A program made the translations under genes and the position numbers. Shown here one piece after another: positions 43,003 to 52,494 of a DNA stretch of 64,000 nucleotides. Below the pieces are notes generated by a model that saw only the letters and a list, made by a program, of their open reading frames with translations, was not told where the DNA came from and ran no database searches. Each line of letters begins with the position of its first letter. The first letter of the stretch is position 1. Source of the stretch: a virus; IMG/VR virus record IMGVR_UViG_3300017766_003354, positions 32,001 to 96,000 of that record; one strand, given 5' to 3'.

Positions 43003-45568
43003 TTTTAGTTTTCTTAATATCTCCGCTCCTCATATAAATGCTACAATCAACAATGTCAATAGAATCTACAAAAAATGTGTCGCCACTCTTTGAGCCATTG
43101 ACAATGATTATGTCCTTCTTTGTCAACTTTTTCTCTTCCAAGAAGTTAGTTAGATTGGCCGCTCTACGGTTATCCATCAGTAGAAACTTTTGGGTAGCCT
43201 TGTTGTCGGAAACTGTCACTGACATATATTTATTCCCAGCGGCAGAAGTCTTGATATAAAAGTCGTCAACTTGGCCCGCCGTCTTAAATTTCTGTTGATC
43301 AGGAAGATCAGCAATCTCTTTGATATCCTGAAGAACGCCAAAATGATCCGTAAAGCAGTCCTTCAGTTCATGAGAATAGCTATATCCCAAAAGGCTCGTT
43401 TCGTAATACCATTTTGCAAATTTGTCGTGTTTACGATTTTGCTTATAGATGTCTCGATATTTCGCATAGTCTTTCTTGAATGTAACGAATCTCTTCTCTG
43501 AAATGATTGGCTTGTTGTCGTCTCCTAGTATTTTTTTCTCCACTACTTCGGCAATTGTATTGAGAAGATCGAAGCCAAAGCGTTCGCCTCCTTTTGTGAA
43601 GTTGCGTTTTTCGCGTTCTGTCAATAGGTTGAACGATTGCGCTTCTAGAACCATTTTGCTTCGATCATTCCCAGAGGAATCCATTGTTCCTGCTTGAATC
43701 AGTGCTGCTAGAACAGAGATATTAATGCCAGCCACTTTTGCTGCTACGAAAATTTCATACTTATTAGCGAGCCTCTTTCCCCTAAAGTCAACCAATGCTT
43801 CAAGAGCTTTAGAAGAGACTCCTTTGATTGTCGATAGGCCATAACGAATATTCTCTCCTTCGATAGAAAAGGTCATTTCGGACTTTTCTAGTGATGGAGG
43901 AAGGAGTTTAATTCCAAAGTCACAAAGTTCTTTGCTAATGGCTGAAATTTCAGCAAGAGGTTCGGGTTCAAATTCGGCAGACTCCAAAAGAGAAATGAAG
44001 AATTGTTGGGGATATTTATATTTTAGGTAAACCGTTTTTGCTGCAAGAGTCGCGTATGCCAAACTGTGCGATTTATTGAAGCCATACGATGCACTAGCCT
44101 CCACCACGGTCCAAAAATAATCGGCTACTTTTACGTCTAAGGTTTTGCTTCTTGCCGCAGAATAAATTTTTTCCTTCCACTCTCCAACTTCTTCCACCTT
44201 CTTTTTAGCAAGGCAGCGTCGAAGTTGTTCGGCTTCCTCCAGCGTAAATCCAAATACTCTGTTGGCAGCTTGTAGAGTATGCTCTTGGAACAGCATTACA
44301 TTTTTAGAACTAGCCAAAATAGCGTCTAATTCTTCGTGAAGACCAAGTGATTGGGGTGTCTTCTTTTGCTCTTTATAGTCCGATACAAACTGAAGCGAGC
44401 TAGGCCGTGCTAAAGCGATGACATCAGAAAGTTCTTGAATATCAACAGGCTTGACTTCTCTACAGACCTTGTAATTAGTCTCTGCCGAAATTTGAAAAAG
44501 ACCCATCGGTGAATTAAGATCCTGCAAAACTTGATAGATAAATGGATCAAGTGGGTCAATATCTTCCAGCTTTATTCCAAGTTTTTTACAAGTATTGTGT
44601 GCGACGGTTAGTGTCCTAAGTCCCAAAATATCGAACTTTACCATTAGATCAGATACGCCATTCATATCGTAGCCCGAAATCAATTCCCCCTCTTTCGTCC
44701 TCTGTAGCGGAATAAGATTTCCAATCGGTTCTGCGCTAATGGCCAGACCTGAAGGATGAACTCCAGAGTTCTTGTTAAGATTTTCTACCTTTAGTGCATT
44801 TTGATATGCGAGCGGATTCTTATCCGCCCATTCTTTGAATCTGGGAACTTCATTATAAGCTACTTCAAGGTCAGCAACAATACCATGCGACTTGGGAATT
44901 AAGTCACTAATGGCGCTAGCCTCAGATTCGTTATACTCACAAAAATATTTTGCAGCTTCTCGAATGCACAACTTGGAACTAAACGTATTAAAGGTTAAAA
45001 TTTTCGAAGTTCTGCCTTTATGCTTATCTTTGATATATTTAATTACCAAGTGTCGTTTTTCATAGGAAATATCAGTATCTACGTCAGGAAGCAAACTTCC
45101 AACAAGGAACTCTTCGCCACTCTTTGAATACATTTTCTTCGCCCGAGACTTGGATACAAATCTCTCGAAAAACAAAGCATTAGGAATCGGATCAATGCCC
45201 GTTACACCTAACAAAAATAGCACTAATGAGCCGCAGCAACTCCCTCTACCATCCCCACTAGGAATGTCCTCGCGCTTACAAAAACTCAAAATATCCCAAT
45301 TCAACAACACATAATCAGTAAACCCCAACTCCTCGAAAGTGTCTAATTCTTGTTTGGCGCGATCATAATAGTCTTGGCGGTTAGGCCATTTGTTTATTCC
45401 TTTTTCAAGAATTCCTTTGCGAACCAATGCTTTAAGAATATCAAAAGACGACGAAGATTCAGATAATCCAGAATCAATAGCCGCGAGTTCTTCTTTTGAG
45501 ACAGAAATTTTGGGCAAACGAACGCCCACGTTCTCGGGTTCGCTGTATGGAATAAAGTCGTCAAACAT
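42995..45568 (-). CDS. dnaE: DNA polymerase III alpha catalytic core (no PHP domain)
   Basis: GRGS..GSLV, LFFERF, PDVDTD, HPSG, KFDILGL, YGFNKSH, C-terminal OB fold. Confidence 0.93.
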   Translation of the reverse strand: MFDDFIPYSEPENVGVRLPKISVSKEELAAIDSGLSESSSSFDILKALVRKGILEKGINKWPNRQDYYDRAKQELDTFEELGFTDYVLLNWDILSFCKREDIPSGDGRGSCCGSLVLFLLGVTGIDPIPNALFFERFVSKSRAKKMYSKSGEEFLVGSLLPDVDTDISYEKRHLVIKYIKDKHKGRTSKILTFNTFSSKLCIREAAKYFCEYNESEASAISDLIPKSHGIVADLEVAYNEVPRFKEWADKNPLAYQNALKVENLNKNSGVHPSGLAISAEPIGNLIPLQRTKEGELISGYDMNGVSDLMVKFDILGLRTLTVAHNTCKKLGIKLEDIDPLDPFIYQVLQDLNSPMGLFQISAETNYKVCREVKPVDIQELSDVIALARPSSLQFVSDYKEQKKTPQSLGLHEELDAILASSKNVMLFQEHTLQAANRVFGFTLEEAEQLRRCLAKKKVEEVGEWKEKIYSAARSKTLDVKVADYFWTVVEASASYGFNKSHSLAYATLAAKTVYLKYKYPQQFFISLLESAEFEPEPLAEISAISKELCDFGIKLLPPSLEKSEMTFSIEGENIRYGLSTIKGVSSKALEALVDFRGKRLANKYEIFVAAKVAGINISVLAALIQAGTMDSSGNDRSKMVLEAQSFNLLTEREKRNFTKGGERFGFDLLNTIAEVVEKKILGDDNKPIISEKRFVTFKKDYAKYRDIYKQNRKHDKFAKWYYETSLLGYSYSHELKDCFTDHFGVLQDIKEIADLPDQQKFKTAGQVDDFYIKTSAAGNKYMSVTVSDNKATQKFLLMDNRRAANLTNFLEEKKLTKKDIIIVNGSKSGDTFFVDSIDIVDCSIYMRSGDIKKTKND

Positions 45569-46188
45569 TAGAGATTTAGTTTTTTCTTTAGTTCTTGGAA
45601 AATTTTGAAGGTCATTTCGCAATCGTAGCTTGCCGAATGAAGCGAGGCTTCGTCAAATGTAATGCCAAAGTGTTTCAACTGAGCCAACTGAGAAACTTTA
45701 GCCTTGAGAGTTCTGTCATTTAGGATCTTATATTGCCAACTTAACAGATCGCCGCTTTTTGGCCTCTCTAGGTTTTCCCTATAGGCTTTTCCTAGCGTTC
45801 GGGTATCATAGAGGCGCTTCAGATACGAGTAGTCTGGAGTCTTTCCACAAAGCTTCTGCAAGTGCGCCAAAACGAAAACATCGAAGTGGATGATGTTTTG
45901 GCCAATATTAATGTATTCAGGATTATACAAATATTTTTCGAATTTCGCCAAAACTTCCTGCGGGGGTCTTTTGCGTCGATTATATTCAGAATAAGAAAAA
46001 CCAGTCAATTTAATAATAAAATCGCTTACTTGAAAATCTGGCCAATCTAGGTATTCGTCGTAGGATTTGACTAGACGATTTCCTTCATAGACATTCCAAG
46101 CCAATTGCCAAGGCAGAACATTACAAAGATTGAGGGAGTCTGTTTCAAAATCCCAAGAGATTGATTTTTGATTATAAGGAAGGCTCAT
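45568..46188 (-). CDS. DEDDh 3'-5' exonuclease (DnaQ-like)
   Basis: WDFETD, N...FD, DT, LH.A.YD. Confidence 0.85.
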   Translation of the reverse strand: MSLPYNQKSISWDFETDSLNLCNVLPWQLAWNVYEGNRLVKSYDEYLDWPDFQVSDFIIKLTGFSYSEYNRRKRPPQEVLAKFEKYLYNPEYINIGQNIIHFDVFVLAHLQKLCGKTPDYSYLKRLYDTRTLGKAYRENLERPKSGDLLSWQYKILNDRTLKAKVSQLAQLKHFGITFDEASLHSASYDCEMTFKIFQELKKKLNL

Positions 46189-46877
46189 TTATTTAGTAGA
46201 TAAGATTCCCAGCAAAATTCATTAGAGCAAAAATGATCTAACATCGGATTCCCATAGTTTGGGCTTTTCCCGCCGCTGCGATTGGTCGTAGATTTATAGA
46301 ATTGAAAGGCATCAAAATCATCATAATTCTCATAATAGATCGACTTCCCCATTTGCCTCTCAACACCCAAGCTATCCAACCCTTCGGAAATCAAAAAATC
46401 AAAAGGATGATTATTCTTTTCTTCAATATAAAAGTGATCGAATCCTTTGAGTTTTAGATCCGACATTCCAAAGTGGAAAATATTATTGAAAATGAACGAA
46501 TCATAGAATGGGACAGCAATTCTAATATTCTTCAAATCGGCAGGTTTCAACTCTCCAAAGATTAAAAGTCCATCATCGCTACAATGTGTTCGCGTGAACA
46601 GTTTTTTGATATCCAAGACTCCAGCATCATTTTTGGCAAAGAAGACCAGCTTACTCGGCTTTTCTTCCTTAGACGACTGAACAACTGGCAAGCGAATCCC
46701 AAAGATCATCTGTATTCCAGAATTATCAAAAAGCTGAAAAGTCTTCCTAAATCCAGCTAGCGAATCCTCAATAAAAATTACTTGAGAGAGTTCTCGGGTT
46801 TTCGCTATTTCTAAAATTCGTTCAGGCCGCATAATACTGCGGCCAATAGAATAATGAGTCTTCCAAAAGGCTTCCAT
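46185..46877 (-). CDS. stand-alone PHP domain of Pol III alpha
   Basis: KTHYS, F...GI..IFG, LVFFAKN..G...I.KL. Confidence 0.75.
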   Translation of the reverse strand: MEAFWKTHYSIGRSIMRPERILEIAKTRELSQVIFIEDSLAGFRKTFQLFDNSGIQMIFGIRLPVVQSSKEEKPSKLVFFAKNDAGVLDIKKLFTRTHCSDDGLLIFGELKPADLKNIRIAVPFYDSFIFNNIFHFGMSDLKLKGFDHFYIEEKNNHPFDFLISEGLDSLGVERQMGKSIYYENYDDFDAFQFYKSTTNRSGGKSPNYGNPMLDHFCSNEFCWESYLLNK

Positions 46878-46886
46878 TGGCTTACC

Positions 46887-48092
46887 TTACAAAAGACTAT
46901 GCGGTTTGTCAACCTTTTTCTTCCCAGCTTCTTCAATTTCATCCTTATAGGCGGCGAAGTCAATTAATTCGAGGGTTCTATGAACCCATTTATCCTCATA
47001 AATATAAACATCCAGCCCTTCAATCGTCCACCCGTGTTTCTTTAAAATTGAAGCGTAGAAACTCAACTGCAAAGCATACTTCGTTAATTTATTTGCTGGC
47101 AAATGAGAGAATGGAGCTTTGGGTTTACTGTGAGCTTCTTCTTTTTCCGCGCCGATGTTTACTTTATAGTCTTGGACTCGGGCGATTTTCTTTTTCTTAT
47201 CAATAATAACCAATCGGTCAATCAAGCCTCCCCAACCAGTAGCCGAATCAGTTACGAGAGCTTCAGCCACAACTTCTTCTGCGCCATATTTTCTATCTAG
47301 CTTGTTGGTCAGTTTATTGAGGTCGGTGATTGTCTTTTTGAGAAATGGATGCTTCGGCATGGCATAATTGCCATCAACGTCCTTGCCAGAGGCTTTACGG
47401 GTGTCTGTGATCGTTTGGCCCGCTTTTTGGAAGTTAATATAATGTTCTAAAGCCAAATGCACGCAAGATCCGAACAGGCCAGCTACAGCTCCATTAGACG
47501 CCCACATATCTTCAATATCTTGTGCAGGAACGCCCCAATACTTTGAGCACTGTCTAGCGATCTTCTTAGAGTCAAAAGGATCATAAAAACGCTTAATAAA
47601 TGTCGTCCCACCTTTGAGAACTTTACAACCTCCATTCCAGCGCATGTTATAAATATGCCGAGTCTCGTTAAAATCGACTACAACATCTGGCTCAGAAAAA
47701 GAATTCTTTGTGATGATTACGTCATAGTCCGACTCGTTTCGAAGAGGAATCTCAAACTTAACATAAATACCCACCAATTCGCAACCCTCAGAGTATTCAA
47801 AAGTAGTTTGGTTGTCTTTTTGATACCAAACTTGATCGACATGCGCCGAAACAGTCTTCAAATTATCTTCACACCAAGATTGAACACTAAAATCCAATCC
47901 TTCTTTCTTCCTTGGAACGTAGCCTATTTTAATTCCATGGTATTCTAGGCGAATCGCTTTTGGGTCATAAGTATTCTCGGGTTCTGCCGTAACAGAAAGT
48001 TTTTCGCCGCCTTTGATTTCAAGGGTTTTTAAACTTGGATTTTCTTTAATGGCGAAAGAAATACCTGCTACGCTTGCTGTGATTTTATTCAT
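46887..48092 (-). CDS. HIRAN domain plus PD-(D/E)XK (RecB/Cas4-like) exonuclease
   Basis: EPEN.YDPKAI...IGYVPR; G..VH..LE, G.IDRL, DYK, Y.LQLSFY. Confidence 0.82.
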   Translation of the reverse strand: MNKITASVAGISFAIKENPSLKTLEIKGGEKLSVTAEPENTYDPKAIRLEYHGIKIGYVPRKKEGLDFSVQSWCEDNLKTVSAHVDQVWYQKDNQTTFEYSEGCELVGIYVKFEIPLRNESDYDVIITKNSFSEPDVVVDFNETRHIYNMRWNGGCKVLKGGTTFIKRFYDPFDSKKIARQCSKYWGVPAQDIEDMWASNGAVAGLFGSCVHLALEHYINFQKAGQTITDTRKASGKDVDGNYAMPKHPFLKKTITDLNKLTNKLDRKYGAEEVVAEALVTDSATGWGGLIDRLVIIDKKKKIARVQDYKVNIGAEKEEAHSKPKAPFSHLPANKLTKYALQLSFYASILKKHGWTIEGLDVYIYEDKWVHRTLELIDFAAYKDEIEEAGKKKVDKPHSLL

Positions 48093-49140
48093 ATAGGAAA
48101 TTGTATTTTTTGATGAACTTTTTGAGAGAAGAGGAAAAAGAAGGATTCGGCTTGTTGAGTTGTTTTTCTATGAATCGAGCTTCTTCGATTACTTTTTTAC
48201 AAGAGTCTTTATGAGAGAGATTGTCGAAGCTCTTCAAATAGACGGCCACATCTTCCTTATTCATAAGCCCGAAGTCATTTTTATGGGGAAGGCATAAGTA
48301 AAGCCTCTGGATGTCTATTACTTCAGATAACTTGAGGATAGCCTTGACTGCCCCAATTAGCCCTCTATTTTTTTCTGATTCAAAATCATTATTGAGCGCG
48401 ACAACAATCTTCTCAACGGGCAAAGAAGAAAGTCGAGCAATGAATCTAGGAGAAAGAGAAAGACCGAAAGTAACCAAATTTTCTTCAACCTCTTTGTCAT
48501 AAAGAGAAAGCGAATCACCGATTGACTCCACCAGAAAAACTCGTTTAGTATTTTTGATAGCATAAGAAGTAAGCTTTGTTGTATAATACGGGTAAAAATA
48601 ATTCGAACTTTTGCCTTTATGCAGCCACTTTGGTTTATCGTTGTCTTCCAACATTTTGCGACCAGAGAAGCCGTGAATTTTGCCGTCTTGTCTGAAAATC
48701 GGGAAAACTAACCTTTGATACATTGCCCCTGAAGTCGCAAGCCCGCATTTGTAGTCTTTTAGTGTCTCGTAGGAAATTGATTTTGGCGCTCTGGTATAGA
48801 AATCATAATGTGGTAGAAGCTTTGAAAGACAAGACTTATCGAAAGCTTTTTCTTCGGTGAGTAGTTGTTTTTTGGGTGTGCGAGGTTCAGTGTTTTTGGA
48901 GCCATTTATGATGCTTTGGACTAAGCCGTTATCACTTGTCCCACAAGTAAGTTTTACTAATTCTTCAAACCTTTGAAAAGGTGTATCCTCTACATGATCC
49001 TTCCATGCGCCAGAATCTTTGTAGATTTGCAGAGCAGTTGGATTATCCCCGTCTCTATAGACGGCGGCAGCTTGCCAAAAATTGCCGCAATCTTTGAGTT
49101 TGTAGTTGAGGTTTTCTAGGATTTGTTGGTAGTTCGTCAT
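48085..49140 (-). CDS. DNA primase (TOPRIM)
   Basis: RLVFPI...G.I.GFSGR, KW, VFLVES.GD.LSL. Confidence 0.85.
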   Translation of the reverse strand: MTNYQQILENLNYKLKDCGNFWQAAAVYRDGDNPTALQIYKDSGAWKDHVEDTPFQRFEELVKLTCGTSDNGLVQSIINGSKNTEPRTPKKQLLTEEKAFDKSCLSKLLPHYDFYTRAPKSISYETLKDYKCGLATSGAMYQRLVFPIFRQDGKIHGFSGRKMLEDNDKPKWLHKGKSSNYFYPYYTTKLTSYAIKNTKRVFLVESIGDSLSLYDKEVEENLVTFGLSLSPRFIARLSSLPVEKIVVALNNDFESEKNRGLIGAVKAILKLSEVIDIQRLYLCLPHKNDFGLMNKEDVAVYLKSFDNLSHKDSCKKVIEEARFIEKQLNKPNPSFSSSLKKFIKKYNFLYE

Positions 49141-49142
49141 AT

Positions 49143-49340
49143 CTATCTATCTCCACACCACAACGCATTTTCTATACCGATCTTAATAAAAGTATTTCGC
49201 GCCTCTATTGCTATTTTATCCGCCTCTTCTTGAGATTCTGCCCTCCAAATATTTTCAAGAACTTCGCAAATCCACGTTCCTTTTGGAGCGAGTTTACCTA
49301 AAGACGAGCTAAGTTTTTTTAATTGTTCTTCTGGTGTCAT
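49143..49340 (-). CDS. hypothetical protein
   Basis: ORF. Confidence 0.55.
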   Translation of the reverse strand: MTPEEQLKKLSSSLGKLAPKGTWICEVLENIWRAESQEEADKIAIEARNTFIKIGIENALWCGDR

Positions 49341-49759
49341 TTAAATAGTTCTGGATTTTCAAAAATGTTGCCGCAGACGACCCAATAAGTCCAATCGGCC
49401 AGATTTACAAAATTATCATGAAGAGGATTTGGCGGCCCGTGTAAATTGGACACGTTATTATAAACAAAACAACACTCTTTTTCGTGCCAAGATACTACTA
49501 TCTTGCAAAATGACCCAGAACCTCCGACCCTTTCGAGTATGTCTCCTTCGAAGATCCTTTTACCATTATTATCAATAAGTCCAGTAAATTGTTGAATGGT
49601 GTATCTATTTTCACAATCATTAATAAGACAATCTAACGCCTCATTTAAATTAGACCGTGGCGGGCAATAAATTTCGACCGCATCATTATGCCAGTTTTCG
49701 TTAGAATCCTCAAAGTTTTTCAAAAGATTATCCCATACCCGAAATTTAATTGTTCTCAT
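49337..49759 (-). CDS. YopX family protein
   Basis: IKFRVWD, QQFTGL.D.NG..IFEGDIL, GNIFENPEL. Confidence 0.9.
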   Translation of the reverse strand: MRTIKFRVWDNLLKNFEDSNENWHNDAVEIYCPPRSNLNEALDCLINDCENRYTIQQFTGLIDNNGKRIFEGDILERVGGSGSFCKIVVSWHEKECCFVYNNVSNLHGPPNPLHDNFVNLADWTYWVVCGNIFENPELFK

Positions 49760-49946
49760 AGATTATTCTATATTCTTTGATTTTGCCTTCAAACTCGGTA
49801 AAAAACCTAGTCCAAACATCGCCCTTGGCTTCATATACCGAATGGCTATTAGGGTTTATATACACAGAAACAGTTTGTTGAATTCCATCAGTGCCAAGAA
49901 GATAAAAGACATATTTATCTGTCGGGTTTATAAATTTAATCTTCAT
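49746..49946 (-). CDS. hypothetical protein
   Basis: ORF. Confidence 0.55.
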   Translation of the reverse strand: MKIKFINPTDKYVFYLLGTDGIQQTVSVYINPNSHSVYEAKGDVWTRFFTEFEGKIKEYRIIYENN

Positions 49947-51483
49947 CTCGTAAAATCATGGGAATCCCTTCCATGTCATTTTCTTCGACGCTAATTGTAT
50001 TGTTATTCATGGCGTCAACCATGTCTTGGAGATCTCCTTTTTCAATAATGCTGAAATTCTTGAAATCCAAATTAATGAAATTATTCTTCTGTGTCCCATC
50101 AGGCATCACAACAGGGTTAATTGCCCTCATAGGATCACTTCCAAGGTGTCGCGCAGCCAAATTGATCAGTTTGTGTGTCCCGAATCTATCGCCCTCTGTA
50201 TGAAGCTCCTCAAGCAGCTTCTTGCGCAATAAGAAAAGCTGAGAACAGAATTGAGTAATGTTGTCTGAAAGACTTACCACGCTTTCATCTTCAACGATGT
50301 TTTCTGATGTTCTATTCGTTGTAATACCTAGCCTGTTTGATTGAACAGAAGACAACATCGAAACTGGTCTATGTCCGTCAAAACAAAGTTCCTTGTGGAT
50401 GCATTGTTTAAATTTATGGACCATGTTCCCAACTTGTTGCCAACCATCGCCCTTACCAATATTCCCGAAATCACTTTTAATATAGTCAAAGCTAAAAATC
50501 ATTTCGTTGCCTCGACCTACTTTCGAATAATAGAAGCGTTTCAAAAGAGAAACCATTTCATCAACAGAAAGACCAGCTACGTTTTCGTAGTAGAACTTCA
50601 TTCCCTTGATCTTGGAGAAAGTATGGCGAACTAAATCAACCACTTCCTTTGGAGACATATTCTTGTATGAAGAGGTTCGCCATTTGCCAGTTTCCAAAAG
50701 GTGGCTGGGCAGTCCTGTCAAAGCAGACATTTGCCGATAGATAAGTTCTTCCTCGCTCATTTCTCCGTTGTCAAAGTGAAGAACTGGAACGTTATTATTC
50801 ATCGCAGAAACCTTGGTGCAGAAGTCCATGGCAAATTGGCTTTTGCCAACCTTTGCGCGAGCAACAACAACCGTAATATTGCCACCTCTGAGAAGCGACC
50901 CATAAAGTTGATTGATCCGAGGATGCGGACCCATAAGACCAAAATTTTCAATAGGATTATTCCCACGTTCTTCAATCATAGGCTCCATAATCTCAAAAAG
51001 ATTAACTGGCCCTTTTTCGCTCATCTCAAAATCTCGAATCGTCTTATTGTAAAGCTGGTCAGCCTTTTCTACGATTTCAGAGTATTTTAAATTGGGGTCT
51101 GTCTTTTTAACAAATTGAGCAACTTCTTTGCATGATTCGTAAATTTGCCGTCTGGCAGAGAATTTCTTTAACTCCTTAACAGAAGAAAGAAATACTTCTT
51201 CGCTGATCTTAAAAAATGCCAAACTAAAGACATACTCCGAAACGTCAATACAATCGGGGAAGGTTACTTTCAGTTGTTGAATTCTTTGAATAAGAATTGT
51301 TTCGTCAATTGACTCCGCATTATCGAGGGCGTGACGCAGCAACTTAAAAATCGAAATATTGATTTTCGAATCTTCAGAATAGAAGTCAGACTCTTTGATA
51401 AATGCCGCAATTTCCTCCCACTTGTGTTGATGTTGGAGGATTCCGCAGAGGACCTGTTTTTCGATTTCGTATGAAAATATCAT
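49936..51483 (-). CDS. dnaB: replicative DNA helicase (DnaB family)
   Basis: E..VL..IL N-domain; ARAKVGKS; EMS.EEL..R; DY; Q.NR. Confidence 0.88.
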   Translation of the reverse strand: MIFSYEIEKQVLCGILQHQHKWEEIAAFIKESDFYSEDSKINISIFKLLRHALDNAESIDETILIQRIQQLKVTFPDCIDVSEYVFSLAFFKISEEVFLSSVKELKKFSARRQIYESCKEVAQFVKKTDPNLKYSEIVEKADQLYNKTIRDFEMSEKGPVNLFEIMEPMIEERGNNPIENFGLMGPHPRINQLYGSLLRGGNITVVVARAKVGKSQFAMDFCTKVSAMNNNVPVLHFDNGEMSEEELIYRQMSALTGLPSHLLETGKWRTSSYKNMSPKEVVDLVRHTFSKIKGMKFYYENVAGLSVDEMVSLLKRFYYSKVGRGNEMIFSFDYIKSDFGNIGKGDGWQQVGNMVHKFKQCIHKELCFDGHRPVSMLSSVQSNRLGITTNRTSENIVEDESVVSLSDNITQFCSQLFLLRKKLLEELHTEGDRFGTHKLINLAARHLGSDPMRAINPVVMPDGTQKNNFINLDFKNFSIIEKGDLQDMVDAMNNNTISVEENDMEGIPMILRDED

Positions 51484-51692
51484 TGATTGATTGCGTTTTC
51501 TTCAGCGTCTAGGAATAACTCCATCGCCCTTCTAAGGGCAAAATGGACACAGGAATTTTCTACCCGAGAAAGAATGGTCGGATCTCCTTTGTCGTTTACG
51601 GCGAGAAGGATAAAACCCTTATTCGCTCCAGAAGAAGAACCAGTTGCGTCATAAAGTTTAGACAGCAGAGATTCGGGGATTGTGTTTTTCAT
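51480..51692 (-). CDS. hypothetical protein
   Basis: Coupled ORF. Confidence 0.6.
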   Translation of the reverse strand: MKNTIPESLLSKLYDATGSSSGANKGFILLAVNDKGDPTILSRVENSCVHFALRRAMELFLDAEENAINQ

Positions 51693-52099
51693 ATAATTTT
51701 TAGTGATTTCAGCAGTTTTATATTAATATCTTCCGATTCCAGCACTCTAATAAGAGTAATTCCATTTCTCTCACAGAAATCCTCTTTCATTTGGTCCCTA
51801 TGGAGTTGCCCAAGGAACTTCTGGCGATTCCCGCCATGGAAGAATGGGTTGTATTGGTAATGTTGATTGCCATCGACTTCAAGAGCAATCTGCCTGTTAG
51901 AATTGAAAAAGTCAAGCGTTAATCTTGTCCCAAGCACAGGAAATTCCTCGAAAACTATATCCGCAAACCAATAGGGATACAACAACTGCTTAACGCGGGA
52001 CTGAATCTTAGAGCGGCATTTCCCGTTCCACTTGATTAGATATTTGGTCGCGTGTTTTAATTTTGCTGGCTTGCCTGATTTTGCGGAGATAAAAATCAT
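51689..52099 (-). CDS. Vsr/DUF559-like endonuclease
   Basis: EEF....LTLDFF....ALEVDG.QH...RD..K..FC..NGI.LIR. Confidence 0.8.
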   Translation of the reverse strand: MIFISAKSGKPAKLKHATKYLIKWNGKCRSKIQSRVKQLLYPYWFADIVFEEFPVLGTRLTLDFFNSNRQIALEVDGNQHYQYNPFFHGGNRQKFLGQLHRDQMKEDFCERNGITLIRVLESEDINIKLLKSLKII

Positions 52100-52494
52100 A
52101 AGTTCAGCTTCTCCTTTATTTTCAATTCATTCTTCAAATCATCGTCATCAATCTCTATATATTCAAACCCATTCAAAACCACCCAATCCATTTTCTTGAA
52201 ATCGCGTTTTGCGCTGGCAAGGAAGTTTGGCCGATTCTTGTGGAAGAATTGATTAAATTGGTGACTACCCTTGGGAGAAATCTCTACTACAATTCCGAGA
52301 GTAAAGTTGATCAAATCAATCCTCATTTTCGAAGAAGGAATATAAAACTCCTCACAAACAGAATGGCCCGCCCAATATGGGCGCAAAATATCTTTTACAA
52401 CCTTCTGAGGATTGCTGACTTTTTTATCCCAATCTATGGAATACTTTGAGGTATTGATTGAGACTTCTCGGCCATATAGATTTTTAATTTTCAA
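52096..52494 (-). CDS. Vsr/DUF559-like endonuclease paralog
   Basis: EEF...MRIDLIN....VVE.....H...FFH.....F...RD..K. Confidence 0.75.
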   Translation of the reverse strand: MKIKNLYGREVSINTSKYSIDWDKKVSNPQKVVKDILRPYWAGHSVCEEFYIPSSKMRIDLINFTLGIVVEISPKGSHQFNQFFHKNRPNFLASAKRDFKKMDWVVLNGFEYIEIDDDDLKNELKIKEKLNL

